64,000 bases of DNA from the NCBI RefSeq assembly GCF_009834535.1, contig NC_045696.1, positions 77,502,001 through 77,566,000 on the forward strand, in the 5' to 3' direction. This DNA comes from Camelus ferus. Taxonomy: Eukaryota. The notes beneath the pieces were generated by a model. The model did no database searches. It had not been told where the DNA came from and saw nothing but the letters and a program-made list of their open reading frames with translations. Shown in pieces: positions 26,641 through 39,909 of the stretch (position 1 is the stretch's first letter; the number at the start of each line of letters is the position of its first letter). Made by a program: the position numbers and the translations under genes.

Positions 26641-28632
26641 ATTTAGACCAAGCAACTGGGGCCCTTGGCCTGGGCCCTGCATCTCAAGGTCTCACACATC
26701 TCACACAGCATGCCTTATTTTTAGAACTTTGAAAATTTCTAGATTGCACCAGCATGTTATTATCTGGGTGGCTTTCAGGCACTACAGATGCCTACTACAA
26801 ATTTTTCTAAGTACTTGTAGAGTTTCTCAAGACTGTCTAGGACTGGGAGGGCAGTCTAGGCAGAGCACCCCAAACCAAACAGGATCTTCATGGTTTCTAG
26901 TTCTGGTTTTTATCCTTTGGAATGATCACCAAACCTTTATTTCATGTATGGCATCAACCGGATGCCTTTGCAGTCATCCTGGAGCCCTGTATCTAGGCTT
27001 CTGTCCCAGAAAGGTAGTCTGATGAGTGGATCACATCCATCGGCTAGAACAGTGATTAATTTACAGTCCACTGTTATGTGTAAAATTGCACCGCCAGAAT
27101 AGTGTTGACATGCTGATTTTGTATGATACTCATGTTGGACACAGGACCAATTCAGGGCTCTGGGCTACCAACATTTCTTCACTGACCCTTGGGATGAGCC
27201 ACACGCCTGAGTCCATGCATCAGCTCTCACCAGCTCTGACTGCAGTGCTGCCTCTTGTCCATCTCACCTGAGAGTAGCAGTGGTAGTAGCAGGTATCCTT
27301 ATTCCTGTGCATTTCCAGCACTGGCACCCAACATGGTCACTCAACCCTTCCACGGGTTCCACACCATGTGTAAAGCAGTTCTCCAACAGTAGTGATGCCT
27401 GTAATCACCACAAATTATCCAGACCACTTTCTGCAATGCCAATACCAGTGGGCCTTTCTGATTAATATCCTCTGTTGCCTCCAGTTGATTTGGTTATGTC
27501 CCAGTCTCCTAGGCCAGTCTTCAGAACTAACAGATGAGGGACAGAAATTCTTTATGTGAATGTAAACTTCCCAGTCCACTCACGGGGCCTTAATTGTCTA
27601 CCTTCCTGATAGCAGTTTGTGAAAGGCAAGAAATTGTATTCTAGGAATACAGTGATTGTGGCCTGAAGAGTTCATGAGAAGACATGATTGGAAGAAAAGG
27701 CTGTTCTAGGACTTTACTATAATATTTCAAATGGTAAATTCAATAAGACCAAATATTAAATTATCATTTTCCTGTGTACTCTGGTTAAGACTTGTATTTG
27801 TGGTCATCATAAAAAAAACACAGCAATCAGTTTTGATAGAGTCCCTGGAAGCCAGTATTCATGGATAATAGTAGGACTGTTATAGTGTCATGAGTAGTAA
27901 TGTAACAAGCATTGAATAAATGGTATTAGGGAATTGAAGAAACAAAAAGTTCCGTATTGTTTTAATGAAAACAAATTTTGAAGAGCCATGGCATTGTGAG
28001 TCCATTTAGTATTTTTTAATATTGATGACCAAGTTATAATTCCCAAGACCCTGCATATGTTTTTCCTAACAGCCATTCTTGAATTATGGATGTGATTATA
28101 CCATCTCAAATTTCTCTGAGAATATAAATTATACTCCCTTTGTTATTCACGGTCGTTTGCCCTGTGGAATCGTTCTTCTAGTAATCTACTAATTCTGTTT
28201 ATTGAATTTGTTGGCTTTAGACCTTCTTCTAACATTTATCACATCCAGGACAAGAGTACAAATATATACCATATATCTAAACATTTAGAAATGATACATC
28301 AATTGAACAAACTGTTAAATATAATATGTTCCATTCCCCTACTTTACCAAATATACCTTCAGAAAGATAAATTTTAAAAATCTGCATAAATAAGGTTTTT
28401 ATATGACCGAATTTGATAAAAAATCAAAAACTCTGTATATATTTATCATTATACATGCCCATATGGGGCTCATTTATAAGCCAGCAGTATTTATATTGGT
28501 AATAATTACAGTGAGATATAAATCCTATATTTACTATCCTTTTTTTTTTTTTAAAAAAGTCTATTTGTTTTACCTTCAGCAAAACCACTAATTTTGTTTT
28601 TTAATCAGGGTGTTCACTTGATGTGCATTCTA

Positions 28633-28845
28633 TTTATAGTAGTGACCTAAAGCAGGAGTCAGTGAAGTAGGCTGCTAGGCAAAATCTAGAGTGTAACCTA
28701 TTTTTGTATACCTGTAAGCTAAGAATGGTTTTAATGTTTTAAGAATATTATAAAACATAATGAAGAATATGTAAGAGTGACCATTTGTAGTTTACAAAGC
28801 CAAAATTATTTAGTGTTTAGTTCTTTACAGAAAAAACTGAATCTA
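28633..28845 (+). mobile_element. hAT-Charlie MITE, MER58-type
   Basis: caggagtcagt...tttttgtatacctgtaagctaagaatggtttt...caaagccaaaattatttagtgtttagttctttacagaaaaa. Confidence 0.7.
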
Positions 28846-29030
28846 AATGATTAAAAATTAAAATGCATTTATGTTTTAAATACAAATAATTAAGTATATT
28901 TAACAAAAATTAAATTAAAATAAATATAAACACTGAAAATTAAAATTATTTTCCTGTGTGTTTCCAAGAAAGCCATTGGCCATCTGAAAAATATAAATTT
29001 ATTTCTTAAAATTAAAAAAATAAATATCTT

Positions 29031-29188
29031 GAAATATATACAAGATCTTATGGTAGCTCACAGAGAAAAAAATGTGACAATGAATATATATATATGTTCA
29101 TGTATAACTGAAGAATTGTGCTCTACACTGGAATTTGACACAACATTGTAAAATGATTATAAATCAATAAAACTGTTAAAAAATAAAT
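29031..29188 (+). mobile_element. Young 5'-truncated L1 3' end (camelid-type)
   Basis: gaaatatatacaagatcttatggtagctcacag...gttcatgtataactgaagaattgtgctctacactggaatttgacacaacattgtaaaatgattataaatcaataaaa plus A-tail; TSD aaaaaataaatatctt / aaaaaataatatctt; upstream tt/aaaa endonuclease site. Confidence 0.85.
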
Positions 29189-31289
29189 AAAAAATAATAT
29201 CTTTAATAGATATCAAAATTTGAAAATTATTTAATTTCAACAGAAATTTTAACTTTAATAAAATTTAATTAAATATTAATTTTTATAAATATAAAAATAT
29301 TCACAATTTTGGTGCTCAATTTGGTAGCAAATTAGTGATATAAAAATTAGTATTGATCTTACAAATATTAAAGTCAGGCCAAAATATATACAAATGTATG
29401 AGTAATATGACTATACGAAATATTTCACAGCCACAAATATAATAAGTACCTCTAGAACCCATAAATTAAAACACAGAGAGAAGCAAGAAAAAGGACACTT
29501 GACAATGCACTTCATTATGTAAGATTCTGTTACATTCATGATATATAAGAGAAAAGATTGACATAATATTTTTTTTCTTTTCTGTTATTTAAGTGATTTT
29601 TATAGCTCAAATTCTCACCACACTTGAACAAAGAATCTGTCACTAACAGATGAAATTTCACTGCATTAGGCATTCATACATCAATTTTGAAAGCACAGAA
29701 GAAAAGATGTGTTGGAAGTTTCTAGGACCTCATAGTTAATACTCAGCAGGATAGGTGGGTACTCTAATGTGTGGCATCCGTTAAAGTGTGGAATTATGGA
29801 TCCAATTTTAAGATTTAGCTCAAATGTTAGCTTTCCTGAATTATCTAGTGTTCAAGAGTTGTCTGATCAATCTTGCAGTTGACAGTGTAGACTTAATTGT
29901 GTTACTCAACAGCACAGATTGACATCCCAGGTGCAGTCTCCCTGTATTTATAGGAAATAGAAACATAAAACTAGGAGTATTTTCCTTGCAGGGTTATTGG
30001 ATCATTTTTCTTACTTGGTATTTTAGGTTACCGAGGGCAAAGCCCTGTATCTCTAATGCTGATGGTCTCAGTATATCATGAGTTTGTGTTTTTCCAGTTC
30101 ACAATCCATTTCCCTCTTAGCTCTTCAGAATTTGTTGGGGGAGAGAAAGGGTGGGCCCAGACATCATTATTCTGGTGTTTGTTAGTCTGTTGCTGATCCT
30201 TATCATTGGTCTAGTTTGCCTCCTTTCTTTAGTCTGAGTAGGTTATTCCTCTGGAACTGCTCTTGTTTGGCCTCCTTGTGTGTTTTTCTTTTGTAGTGGT
30301 TTCCTTCAGCCAACTATTGGTTTTGCTTTTCTTACTTATCTTAAGAACCATTTCCATATCTTTATGTCTCTAGGAATTTCTTGAAATACTATATTTTCTT
30401 GTTTTGTAGGCAGTTTTTGGTTATAAACACACATTATAGAGATGGATCATGGATCAATAGATAGTTAAATAGATAATAGATAGACATAGACAGACATGTA
30501 CATATATGTATATATGCACACATATATATATATATAAATACACCCACATATTTCTGTCACTAAGACATTTGGTCTGAAAGGTATTAAATATGATTGCAGA
30601 TTGCAACTTGATGTAATTCCCTTAATTTGCTTTAATAATTGCCCTACCATATGCAAAATTTCATTTGAAGTAAGAGGTTTGAAATTATGAAAAGCAGAAA
30701 GCAAGATATCTACTTTATGGATGTGCTATGTACCCTGCTGGGAAAGTTTTGATTCTTTTATGGGGAGCCTTCTCCAGAAGAGCTTACACTTTGAAAATTT
30801 ATGATAGAGTTTCACCGTCTTGAAACTTTCCCAGATTTTGGCTAAATTAAGAGGCCTTCCTGGAAAGCGTTATCATAAAAGCTGCATACAAGAGTATTTA
30901 CAACCTTAGCAGGTACAGTGAAGAGACACGGAGTTACTGTGATGTGGAAGCAGGAATGCTTTCACTGGGCTATAGGTCCCGTAAGTAAACTTCAGGTTAT
31001 GAATACGTTCCCCTGTGTGTCTTTATTTCAGATGGTTTAGGGGCCATGAAAAATATTTTGAACTTTTTACAAGCACTCTTGAACACAGTGTACTTCTATT
31101 AAGACCAGACTTCTTTATAACTTCAAGATTGAGTGTCGTTTTTAAATAATTGAAGCCAGAAGATCAATAGGAAGCTTTTCAAAAATGCCCAGAAGCAGCT
31201 GATCTAAGCAGAAAGTTGCTCACTTTTTAAGATGGAATCTGCACTGAATTGTTTTATTCTACTTAACCTGCTACTTACTTCTGTTGTCT

Positions 31290-31470
31290 TAAACTTTGTT
31301 AGCTTCAGCTTCCTAATCTCTATAATGGGTTTTTAAATAAGACTTTTCTCATGTAATTGTTGTAATGATTGGTATCATGCGTGTAAGCTGATTAGTTAGA
31401 TAATGCATATAAAGCCAAGAACACATTACAGAGCACATGGTAAGTGCTTAATCAATGTTGTTTTTTAGTT
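31290..31470 (+). mobile_element. MIR SINE
   Basis: gcttcagcttcctaatctctataatggg...agataatgcatataaagc...cacatggtaagtgcttaatcaatgtt. Confidence 0.75.
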
Positions 31471-32109
31471 ACTGGCAGCTTTTAAGGGTAATACGTGCAA
31501 AGCACTGGTTGCCTAGCTGTATAGTTTACCTATACTTTTTATCTCATTCTTTTAACATCTATCTTCAAAAACCAAAACTTGATGCATGAAAAATGGCACA
31601 CATAGGCAGAAACACACATTTACAGACACAATGGTGAAAGTGACCTCTTATTTTTCTTATGACCTCAAGATTTCATAAAAATTCAATTTGTTCATAAAAA
31701 TTCAGAATTGTTCATTGCTGCATTCAGTTCACCAAAGAAGGAATTTATATCTGGGAAAGGCAGGGTAAGAAACATAGATATTAACTATATAGAGATTAAA
31801 GTGTGCTGAGTAAAAAGGATGCCAGCAAATACAGGTTGTCTGATCTATAATGCATAGAAGATGTGTCCATATAAATACAAAAGGAAAATATTTCAAATAG
31901 ATAAGAAAATGTTTAAAGGGGAAGATTTTTTCAGTTTTATTATATCAGTCAAAATACTATTTCAAATTATATACATTCAATTGGTGTGTTTCAGAAAGAG
32001 GAGAATAGGGAGAGAAGAGTTAGAGATAAAAAGAGAGAAAGCACACGTAGCCACGAGGGCTCACTATGTTTTTTGTTACAAGTATGTAGCCTCCCAACAA
32101 AATAGCATC

Positions 32110-32335
32110 TGGCCATAACAATAAGACCCTGTTTGTTTGTTTTATTGGTAGAAACAAGTATTCACACTCACCTTTAAAAACTGTTATCCCTACAAAGTAT
32201 TATTCCCATCTTACTTCAAAGGATTTTAAAGGTTCAAGAAAAAAATTACTTAGTGATACACGGATTATACATGAAGCAACTGGGATTCAAACCAAAATCT
32301 ATTTGAAAAGCCATATTCTTTCTACAGCATTATGC
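32110..32335 (-). mobile_element. MIR SINE fragment
   Basis: tattattcccatcttac...ctgggattcaaaccaaaatctatttga. Confidence 0.55.
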
Positions 32336-35300
32336 TGTCTTTCCTGGAAAGTGAGCACCATCTGGGCAAATATCACACCTCAATTCATGTTTTCCTTTGT
32401 TTCACTGGCATCTAAGACAGTGCTTTAACAAATTACACATATACATTTGGAATTTTGTTGCAAAAACAAAATGAATGAAACAAGAATTTCAGTGGCAAAA
32501 AACTCACTGCCTAAAAGACATTTAATTCCATGCTCATACAACTCAAAATGTTCAACATTTTCTGTCTTTGGATAATGCTCTAAAGTAAATTTGTACTATG
32601 AAATTTCTTTTTAGCTCCCTGAGGGTAGGGAGCATGTTTTCTTTTGCTTTGTTTCTACAACCACAGTGACTGGAATTTCAATAAATGTTTCTTGAGTTAA
32701 TGAAAAGATTTATATGTGGGTCAAATAGATAGTCAAGTATGCACAGTGATGCATTTTGCACTTGGGACAATTAATGGAACATTTTTGGCTGCAAATGTGC
32801 AGCATATGTTTCTACCTACAGTACAGAAAATCTTTAACACAATTGTGTATCAACAATCACTAATATTAACAGAGGCGAAAGTTATGGACTGCTTAATGTC
32901 CAATAGTTAAAATAAAAGTTTCATGTCTCTATTTTTTGTTCTTTTCACTGTATTGTAATTTATTTAGATAATAAGATCTTTACCTAAGGTAGTTGCCATT
33001 TATGAATAGTGTTTATCAAAGAATTAGACTAAAGAAGAAATACAGAAAAACAGGGACAAGTTATCTGTTTATCAAGATCATTACAATGATGATTTTGATA
33101 TGATATGTGGTCTTAAGACTAGTAACCAGCAGTTAAATCAGTATACACTTAAGCAAAAGCAAAAATATAGGGATAGGGGAAATCCGTAAGTGCATTTATT
33201 ATTGATATCTCCATTTATAATTTAAATTGAACTATATAAGATTGTGATGCTCGGTCATATTTTAGCTATAAAAACAGCAATTCCATACAGTTGTGCAGAA
33301 GAGTGAAGGGCATTTTGTTGTTTGCTTTGTTACTTGATCTAGATTTTGAACTGTAAAAACGGGATCTCAGTTTTGTTGTCTGGATTAAAGGACTATTGGA
33401 GCATAGTGAAAATTCAATAAATGGTAGCTGTTATTTTTATTGATAATAAATTAGACCTTTAGCTATCATACTGTCAAAAGAATACTTTTATTATGTTAAG
33501 GAACTAACCTTCTAGTATTAATCTTTTTCTAAAATGCATTATGCTCATGCTGCTCTTCAGATGTTCTGAATATGAACTGATCCAAATAAAGGAGAGTGTG
33601 GACCTTACCAAAGGCTTAGTGTTTGACTTTCTCTTCTGAATGTCACAAACACACACACACAAAAGATTTCCTTCAGGAAAATTCTTGAGAAGAAGCCCAA
33701 GAGATTTCTTGCTCAATTCTTTGCCAAACAAAACCTCCAGACCTTTCAAAATTTGTTTCAGATGTACTCCCAAGGAGCACAATAGTCTGATCTGCACCTT
33801 GAATGGGTTTTAAGCCATGCTGGCCTATATTGTGTATGCTGAGCATGGATCTTTCCAGGATGTAGACAGAAGTTTTGCACACAGCACAGGTTAATCTGCA
33901 TAGTAGAAGAGTGAAATGTATTCTTTATTTTAGTGATGCCAGTGCCTCTAATTTTTAAGGTGTCAAGAAAATCAAATAATAAAAGCAGTATGAAGTACAT
34001 TTTTGCAAATGCATTAAAGAAAAAATCTGTTATGAAGTCCAATCGTATAAGAAAAATTTTCAGCTTGAAAACAAGCAAAAATGCCCTTGACTTAAACTGT
34101 CATCAGTGTAATAACAATTTAGAGTTACTTTGCTACTTGTCCCTGTTTCTCTCTCCACGTTCCCCAAGAATATCACCCAGTAGTAGTCTGTGTTGTATTT
34201 TCCAAGCACTGATTTACGTATATTGCACTTTACACGTGTATTTTTTTTTCCTTTTCCTTATTAAACATCTGGCTTCTCTTCAGTATTGGGTTCTATGAGG
34301 CATGTGGAAGATACCAAACTCAAACTCCTCTCTTAGCAGCTGGCTCTACTCTGCCAAGAAAAGTTGTGCTGGGAATTATTTTTAGGTTCTTTATCTTGTG
34401 ATTCTTTTAATTGGTTATTTCCAAAATGTCAGCTTTTCCAGCCAACCATTTCCTTAATGGCTGTCAGCTCCTGCAAGGAATGTGGGAAGGGGCACTAAAC
34501 AGCACAGTTACTTGCAAGATCCCCAAGGCCAGATGGGATTAGGCACCAGTGCCTCTAACTCTCTGTGTGGAATGGCAGCTCTGTTGCTGGGTCACTTGCT
34601 AAGGACAGAAAAGAAAAAGAAGTCTTTGAACAGTTCCATGGCACAAGGAAGCAAAGCTGTCAAGTACGAACAGAGCTGAAAATAGCACTTTGCAGATGCA
34701 GAAGTCACTGCTTGAAAATAAGAATCGTGGCTGTAGGCGGGTGACACAGCTGGGTGGTGAGCTGTCTTCACCCACAAACTGGAGTTACCTGCACACCAGA
34801 CAGGCCAAGGCCATTTCATGCTTAGTCAAGGAAACTGGCCGGAAGGAACAGACAAGGTAAAATTTAAGAAGATGTAAGAGTCATAAAATACCTTAAGCAT
34901 GAGAACAATTTTAGTTTCCCCAGGGATGTCTACATTCTAACCACATTTACATGTATTATGTAGACCTTAATTGAAGGAGGTCTTGAGCTAATCCATTATC
35001 ACGCATTATCACTGGAGTAGGCATCTGAACCAGAGTCTTAGAAATGTTAAATTAACCTAAAACCAGATTGTCAGTTCTGTGAGGTACAAGCTTCATTTAC
35101 TTGATCTATGAGAATGATTATGTGTTAGAACAGATGGGGGCCTGAGGGACTCTGGACTCCAGTCCTATCACTTTTTTTGAAGAAAAAGAAGAAGAAGATA
35201 TTGAGAATTAGACTTGAAGTGACAGGGTAGGAAACAAACTGAAATTTCTGACCTAAGGATAGTGTCCACAGCCACTTCTGTGCCTGTAGTTACATTTTAA

Positions 35301-35528
35301 ACTTCAGCCTTCCAAAACCAGTTTCTCTTTGCTAGTCTGACATTTTAAGAATCAGGTCTAGAAAGAAATGTTGCTTATAGTTAACATATAATATCATTGT
35401 GTTTATTTTATAAATATGTGTAAATATATATTATAATTATATGCAATTACATATCATATAATTTCAATTTTAATATAATGTGCTTTGGGGTTTTAAATAT
35501 ATGTCTATATACACACATACACACATTG

Positions 35529-35556
35529 GTGTGTGTGTGTGTGTGTGTGTGTGTGT
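35529..35556. repeat. (GT)14 microsatellite
   Basis: Direct reading. Confidence 0.95.
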
Positions 35557-35564
35557 ACAGGACA

Positions 35565-35982
35565 TGGGAGTCTCCAAAGCAATTTCAGGGGGTCCCTGAG
35601 GTCCTTCTGTTTGCAACATTACACTTACATGAGGCTAGGTTTCCTTCATGTCCATCAGTTAAAACAACATACACAACAGATTGAATTCAGAAGCAGGTAT
35701 GAGAATCCAAAGAGATTTTCAAAAATGTAAGGCCATGCCACTCCATTTACTAAATATGTTATTTTGGAAATTATAGGTTTTTTCATAGAAATGTATGAGT
35801 TATGTCAATGTGCAATGGATTTTTATTATTTTAAAGAAATAAGTATTTTAAATTGTCTGATTTAGTATCTAATACAATAACCATCAATAGATGTAAGCCA
35901 TAGAAACAAAACATCTTTGGGGTTCTCAATAATTGGTAACAATGTAAAGAGGTCTTGAGACCAAAAATTTTGAGACCCTCTG
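35565..35982 (+). mobile_element. hAT-Charlie DNA transposon derivative (MER119/Charlie-like)
   Basis: tttcagggggtccctgaggtc...caacagattgaattcagaagcaggtatgagaatcca...ctttggggttctcaataat...tgagaccaaaaattttgagaccctctg (TIR-like end). Confidence 0.7.
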
Positions 35983-37879
35983 GGCTAACCAATAATCCAT
36001 AAAGTGACTTAGAGAGTTCTGGATATGAGAGAGTCCTATACTAAATAGTCATCATCAAATCCTGGTTTTGGAGGGTTTGAGAGAGGCCAGCTAACAATAC
36101 AGAATGCAGAAGACCCACCTGTCATTGGTCCTCCTTGCCCTGCATGTGAATACTGGTCTCCCATCTCTGCATTGCTGCAGCTGGGGTACCATTGTCAAGG
36201 AAGCTGATCTTCTTTGGGTCTGGCAAATATTTAAAGCTGGCTCACTCAGGGGCTCTTTTGCGGATTTTGCTGGAGATTTTCTGACTAAGCCTATCTATGA
36301 CTCTCTTCATGTACACAGTGCATCTCCTTAAATTGGCCACTACCATTGCTTCCTCAACCTCCCATCACCCATTGGGGTCCCCTCAGGATTTAAAAAAAAA
36401 AAATCACTCTGGACTGAAATTTCTACTACAGTTTCCATGTTTATTCCCCTGTCATCAAAGTGCACTCACACCCCGCTATTACAGAAGGCTTCAGATACCA
36501 TATGTGTGTGTATGTGTGCGAGGAGGCTAAAACTGCAATGGATCCTTCCAAAGAAAGTCTCTCTACTCTTTCAGCCTTTATGTTCTGCTTCTAAAAATCA
36601 CAGTGTTCAAAGCCGTGTAACTAGTTTCTGGTTATCTAATTCGAAACTTTGCTTTTGATAAGAACCTCTTTTGGAATGACGCATCTATGATAGATTGATG
36701 CCTTAGTTGAAACTTTCCAATTTAAGGCCCTGTTGTACATCTTGATAATGAGCTTCTTCTAATTGAAGAAATCCACTTTCCTTTGCACCATGAAGCAGCT
36801 TTTTTACATTAAATGTCTTATGGCATTAAATGTAAGAATTATACTTAACATTATGACTCAGTAACACATAAGCGTAAATATTTATGGATTTACACAGATA
36901 AACACACACACTCACTTACACATCTAGAGTTTCTCAAAATCTTCTAATTTCCTCAAACTTTATTCTTACCACAACTTTTCTTAACCCTTATTATGATTAT
37001 TCATTCTTCAACTCTTTTTTTTTTTTTCCCTTCTAATATAAATCTCTGTCTTTTGTCTCTTTCTACTGAGCCATTGCTTTGGCTTCAAGCCGCAGTAAAA
37101 AAATAAATCAGGAAAATTTTCCCCATCTTGGACCAAATCATAGTTACAAATATAATAGAGGATTTGCAGTGGGGGAGTGGAATTAATCTTTCCTTTGAGA
37201 CTTCTGAGAGACCTTGTAGTCGAGGAGCCAGCCTGAAACAGCATATAAAAGAGTAAGTATTGAGAAACATTACTTTGAAACCTATAAAGAACCTTTAAAA
37301 TGATACAATCTCCATTTTTTTATCAGAGTAGGGAGTGGAGTTTGTCATCACATTTTCTTAGGTAGCCTGAAATAATAGCCATTAACTATTTTAAAGATCT
37401 AACTTTGAAAGAATTAGTCTGTCTATTATTCCCAACCATCTAAATTCTGCCTAAGTATTTTGATAATACATGATAATGTGTTTTCCAGGGAGTGAGAAAA
37501 AGTCTTCTGTGTCCAACGATGCACTAAAATAAATGACCCATGAAGGTCAGTATAAAGAAAAATCTCACCAACAAAGGACAAAAAATTCAGGAGGGACGAA
37601 AGTGGGACCCACCAAAGCCACTGTTCTTACTTCATGATTATCCCCACAACAGATTCTGCTTATGTGCAGGTGTGGGCAGGCAAGAACTGCCACATTTCCC
37701 CACAGCCTGCTCAGGCTCAATGGCTGTATTGTGATATGTTGGCATATCAACAGGTGGTAATTTCAATTGTTTTTCTAATGTATTAACTAAATTAAATTTA
37801 GTTAACTAAAAATTAACTAAAATTTTCTAATGTATTAACTGAAAGCTTCTGATAATTTTAATAGTTTTCAAAAGCTTTC

Positions 37880-38214
37880 ATAAGTACCACAGACTTGGCT
37901 TAAACCACAGAAATTTATATTCTCACGATTTTGAGATTGAGATGCCAGCAGGTTGGTTTCTTCTGAGGACTCTCTTCCTGGCTTGTCGATGGCTGTGTCT
38001 TCTTGTGTCCTCACATGGTCTTCCCTCTGTGTCTCTCTATGCCCTAAGCTCTTCTTACAGTTGGTCGTACTGGGTTAGGACCCACCCTAAAGACCTCATT
38101 TTAACTTAATTACCCCTTTAAAGACCTTACTCCCAAATACATTCATATCCAAAAGTACAGGGGTTCAGTACTTCAACATATCAATTTTGTGGGGATACAG
38201 TTCAGCCTGTAACA
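37880..38214 (-). mobile_element. MaLR solo LTR (MLT1A-like)
   Basis: ttcttctgaggactctcttcctggcttgtcgatggc...gacctcattttaacttaattacc...ggggatacagttcagcctgtaaca. Confidence 0.85.
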
Positions 38215-38239
38215 CTCCACCTTTAGTTACAGATTTCTA

Positions 38240-39365
38240 CTCAGCTTTGCTCATAACCCCTACTTATCACAGGTGTTGACACCTGGATCATAATCTTTAT
38301 TTCTTCCTCACTCCTGCCATCATCATGAATGTCTTCAAGATTTACGTGGACAATGACTCCATCCCAGTGATCACCAATGTACTTCACTTAAGCAGTTCAC
38401 TTCTATTGTCAGCCCCCAATGGTAGCATTTGTATCCATTTCACAACTGCACTGTGACATTTCAGAGCCCACTGTGCAACCAAGGCTTTTCACTCTGCTGA
38501 GTCTCTCAAATATTATATTTTTACTCCTATTATTAACCCTCATTGTGATTATTCCCTTAACTCTTTTGCTCTTAAAATAAATCCCCTTCTTTTAATTCCT
38601 TCTCTACTGAGCCATTATTTTGTTTTTAAACCACAGGAAGAAATAAATCAGACAAAAATTTCCCATCTCTTCTTCCACATATGGGCTGTTGTAGATGTAT
38701 TTGTTTCCTATTGCTGCATAATAAATTACCACAAATTTAGTACTTAAGAAACACAAATAATGAGTTTACAGCTTTCATGGGTCAGGCATCCAGGTAGGAA
38801 TTAGCTCCTTCCTCTGCTAGGGTCTCACTGGACTGAACTTAAGGTGTCAGCCAGGACTGAAATCTCATCTGAGGCTCAGGGTTCTCTTCCAACCTTAGTA
38901 ATTGAGGGAGGAGTTAATTTCCTTGTTGTTCTGTCTGATGGAAGTCCTTGCTCTTTCTGACTAGCTATCAGCTAGGATCTGCTCTCAGCACCTGGAGGCC
39001 TCCCTCTAGCCCTTTGCCTTGTGGCCCTCTTCTCTTCATCTTGTCAATTATCCATCTTTGATGCCAGCAGAAGACTGTCTCTCCATCGCTTCTTCTTTTA
39101 AAGGGCTGGCTTGATTAGGCCCACCGAGAATAAGTTTCCTTTTGTTTTAAACCAAAGTCAACTGATTAGTAACCTAATGGTGGGAATGCTATCTCAGCAT
39201 ATTCACTCATTTGGGATTTTACAGGGCATGTATATCAAAGGGTAGGAATCTCAGGGATTGTCTTAGAATTCTGCCTACCGTATGATGTCTGGAGAGCATC
39301 CTGTACCTATGCAACCACAGGCACTTCCAATGCATGATATCCAGACATCTATTATATCTGACCTT
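38240..39365 (+). mobile_element. L2 ORF2 remnant interrupted by an MLT1 LTR
   Basis: actcctgccatcatcatgaatgtcttcaagatttacgtggacaat resembles the decayed L2 IILGDFNIHVD region; similar sequence resumes after 39282. Confidence 0.45.
38696..39282 (-). mobile_element. MaLR solo LTR (MLT1E-like)
   Basis: tgtatttgtttcctattgctgcataataaattaccacaaatttag...aaggtgtcagccagg...tcttagaattctgcctacc. Confidence 0.85.
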
Positions 39366-39864
39366 ATTCACAATAAATTTGATGTCTTTGAGGACTGAAT
39401 AAACATTTATTTAGCGTATTAACAAAGGGATGGGCATTGTCTTGTGATTCAGAAAAAACAGACATTTGTACTCTTGGTTTTCCTTCAAATCCTCTCCAGT
39501 TCTAGTACTAACATGACAACGTAATTGTACATCTTTAATAAAAAGAAAAAAATTGCCTCTTGAAATAATAAAATACATTTCATACCTTTTAAAATTATTT
39601 TTTATAGTTCATATAAGTTAGTTTGTATTTAAAGTAAGGAATATAAATATGAAAAACTTAGATCTTATTGTAAAATAATCATTGGAAAACTAGTGTTAGT
39701 ATTTATAAATCATGTATGGGCTTGTTGTGTTTGTTCCAGTGAGAGAGAAGCAGTATACAGGCATCAACCAGTCTGTGAGAATTCATTACCCCTTCACACT
39801 CTTTTATAATTTATGTTTTGATTAACCTCACACAATTTTGTAATTTATGTTTTGAATACATACT

Positions 39865-39909
39865 CACACACACACACACACACACATAAATATATATATA
39901 TACACACAC
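39865..39909. repeat. (CA)n(TA)n microsatellite
   Basis: Direct reading. Confidence 0.9.

Noticed and set aside
30909..30996. Possible small exon ending ccc|gtaagt
   Set aside because: Weak acceptor, poor exonic donor context and an unrecognised peptide.
33677..33785. Protein-looking frame after ccttcag (KILEKKPKRFLAQFF...)
   Set aside because: Short, ends in a stop, and has no homology I can recognise.
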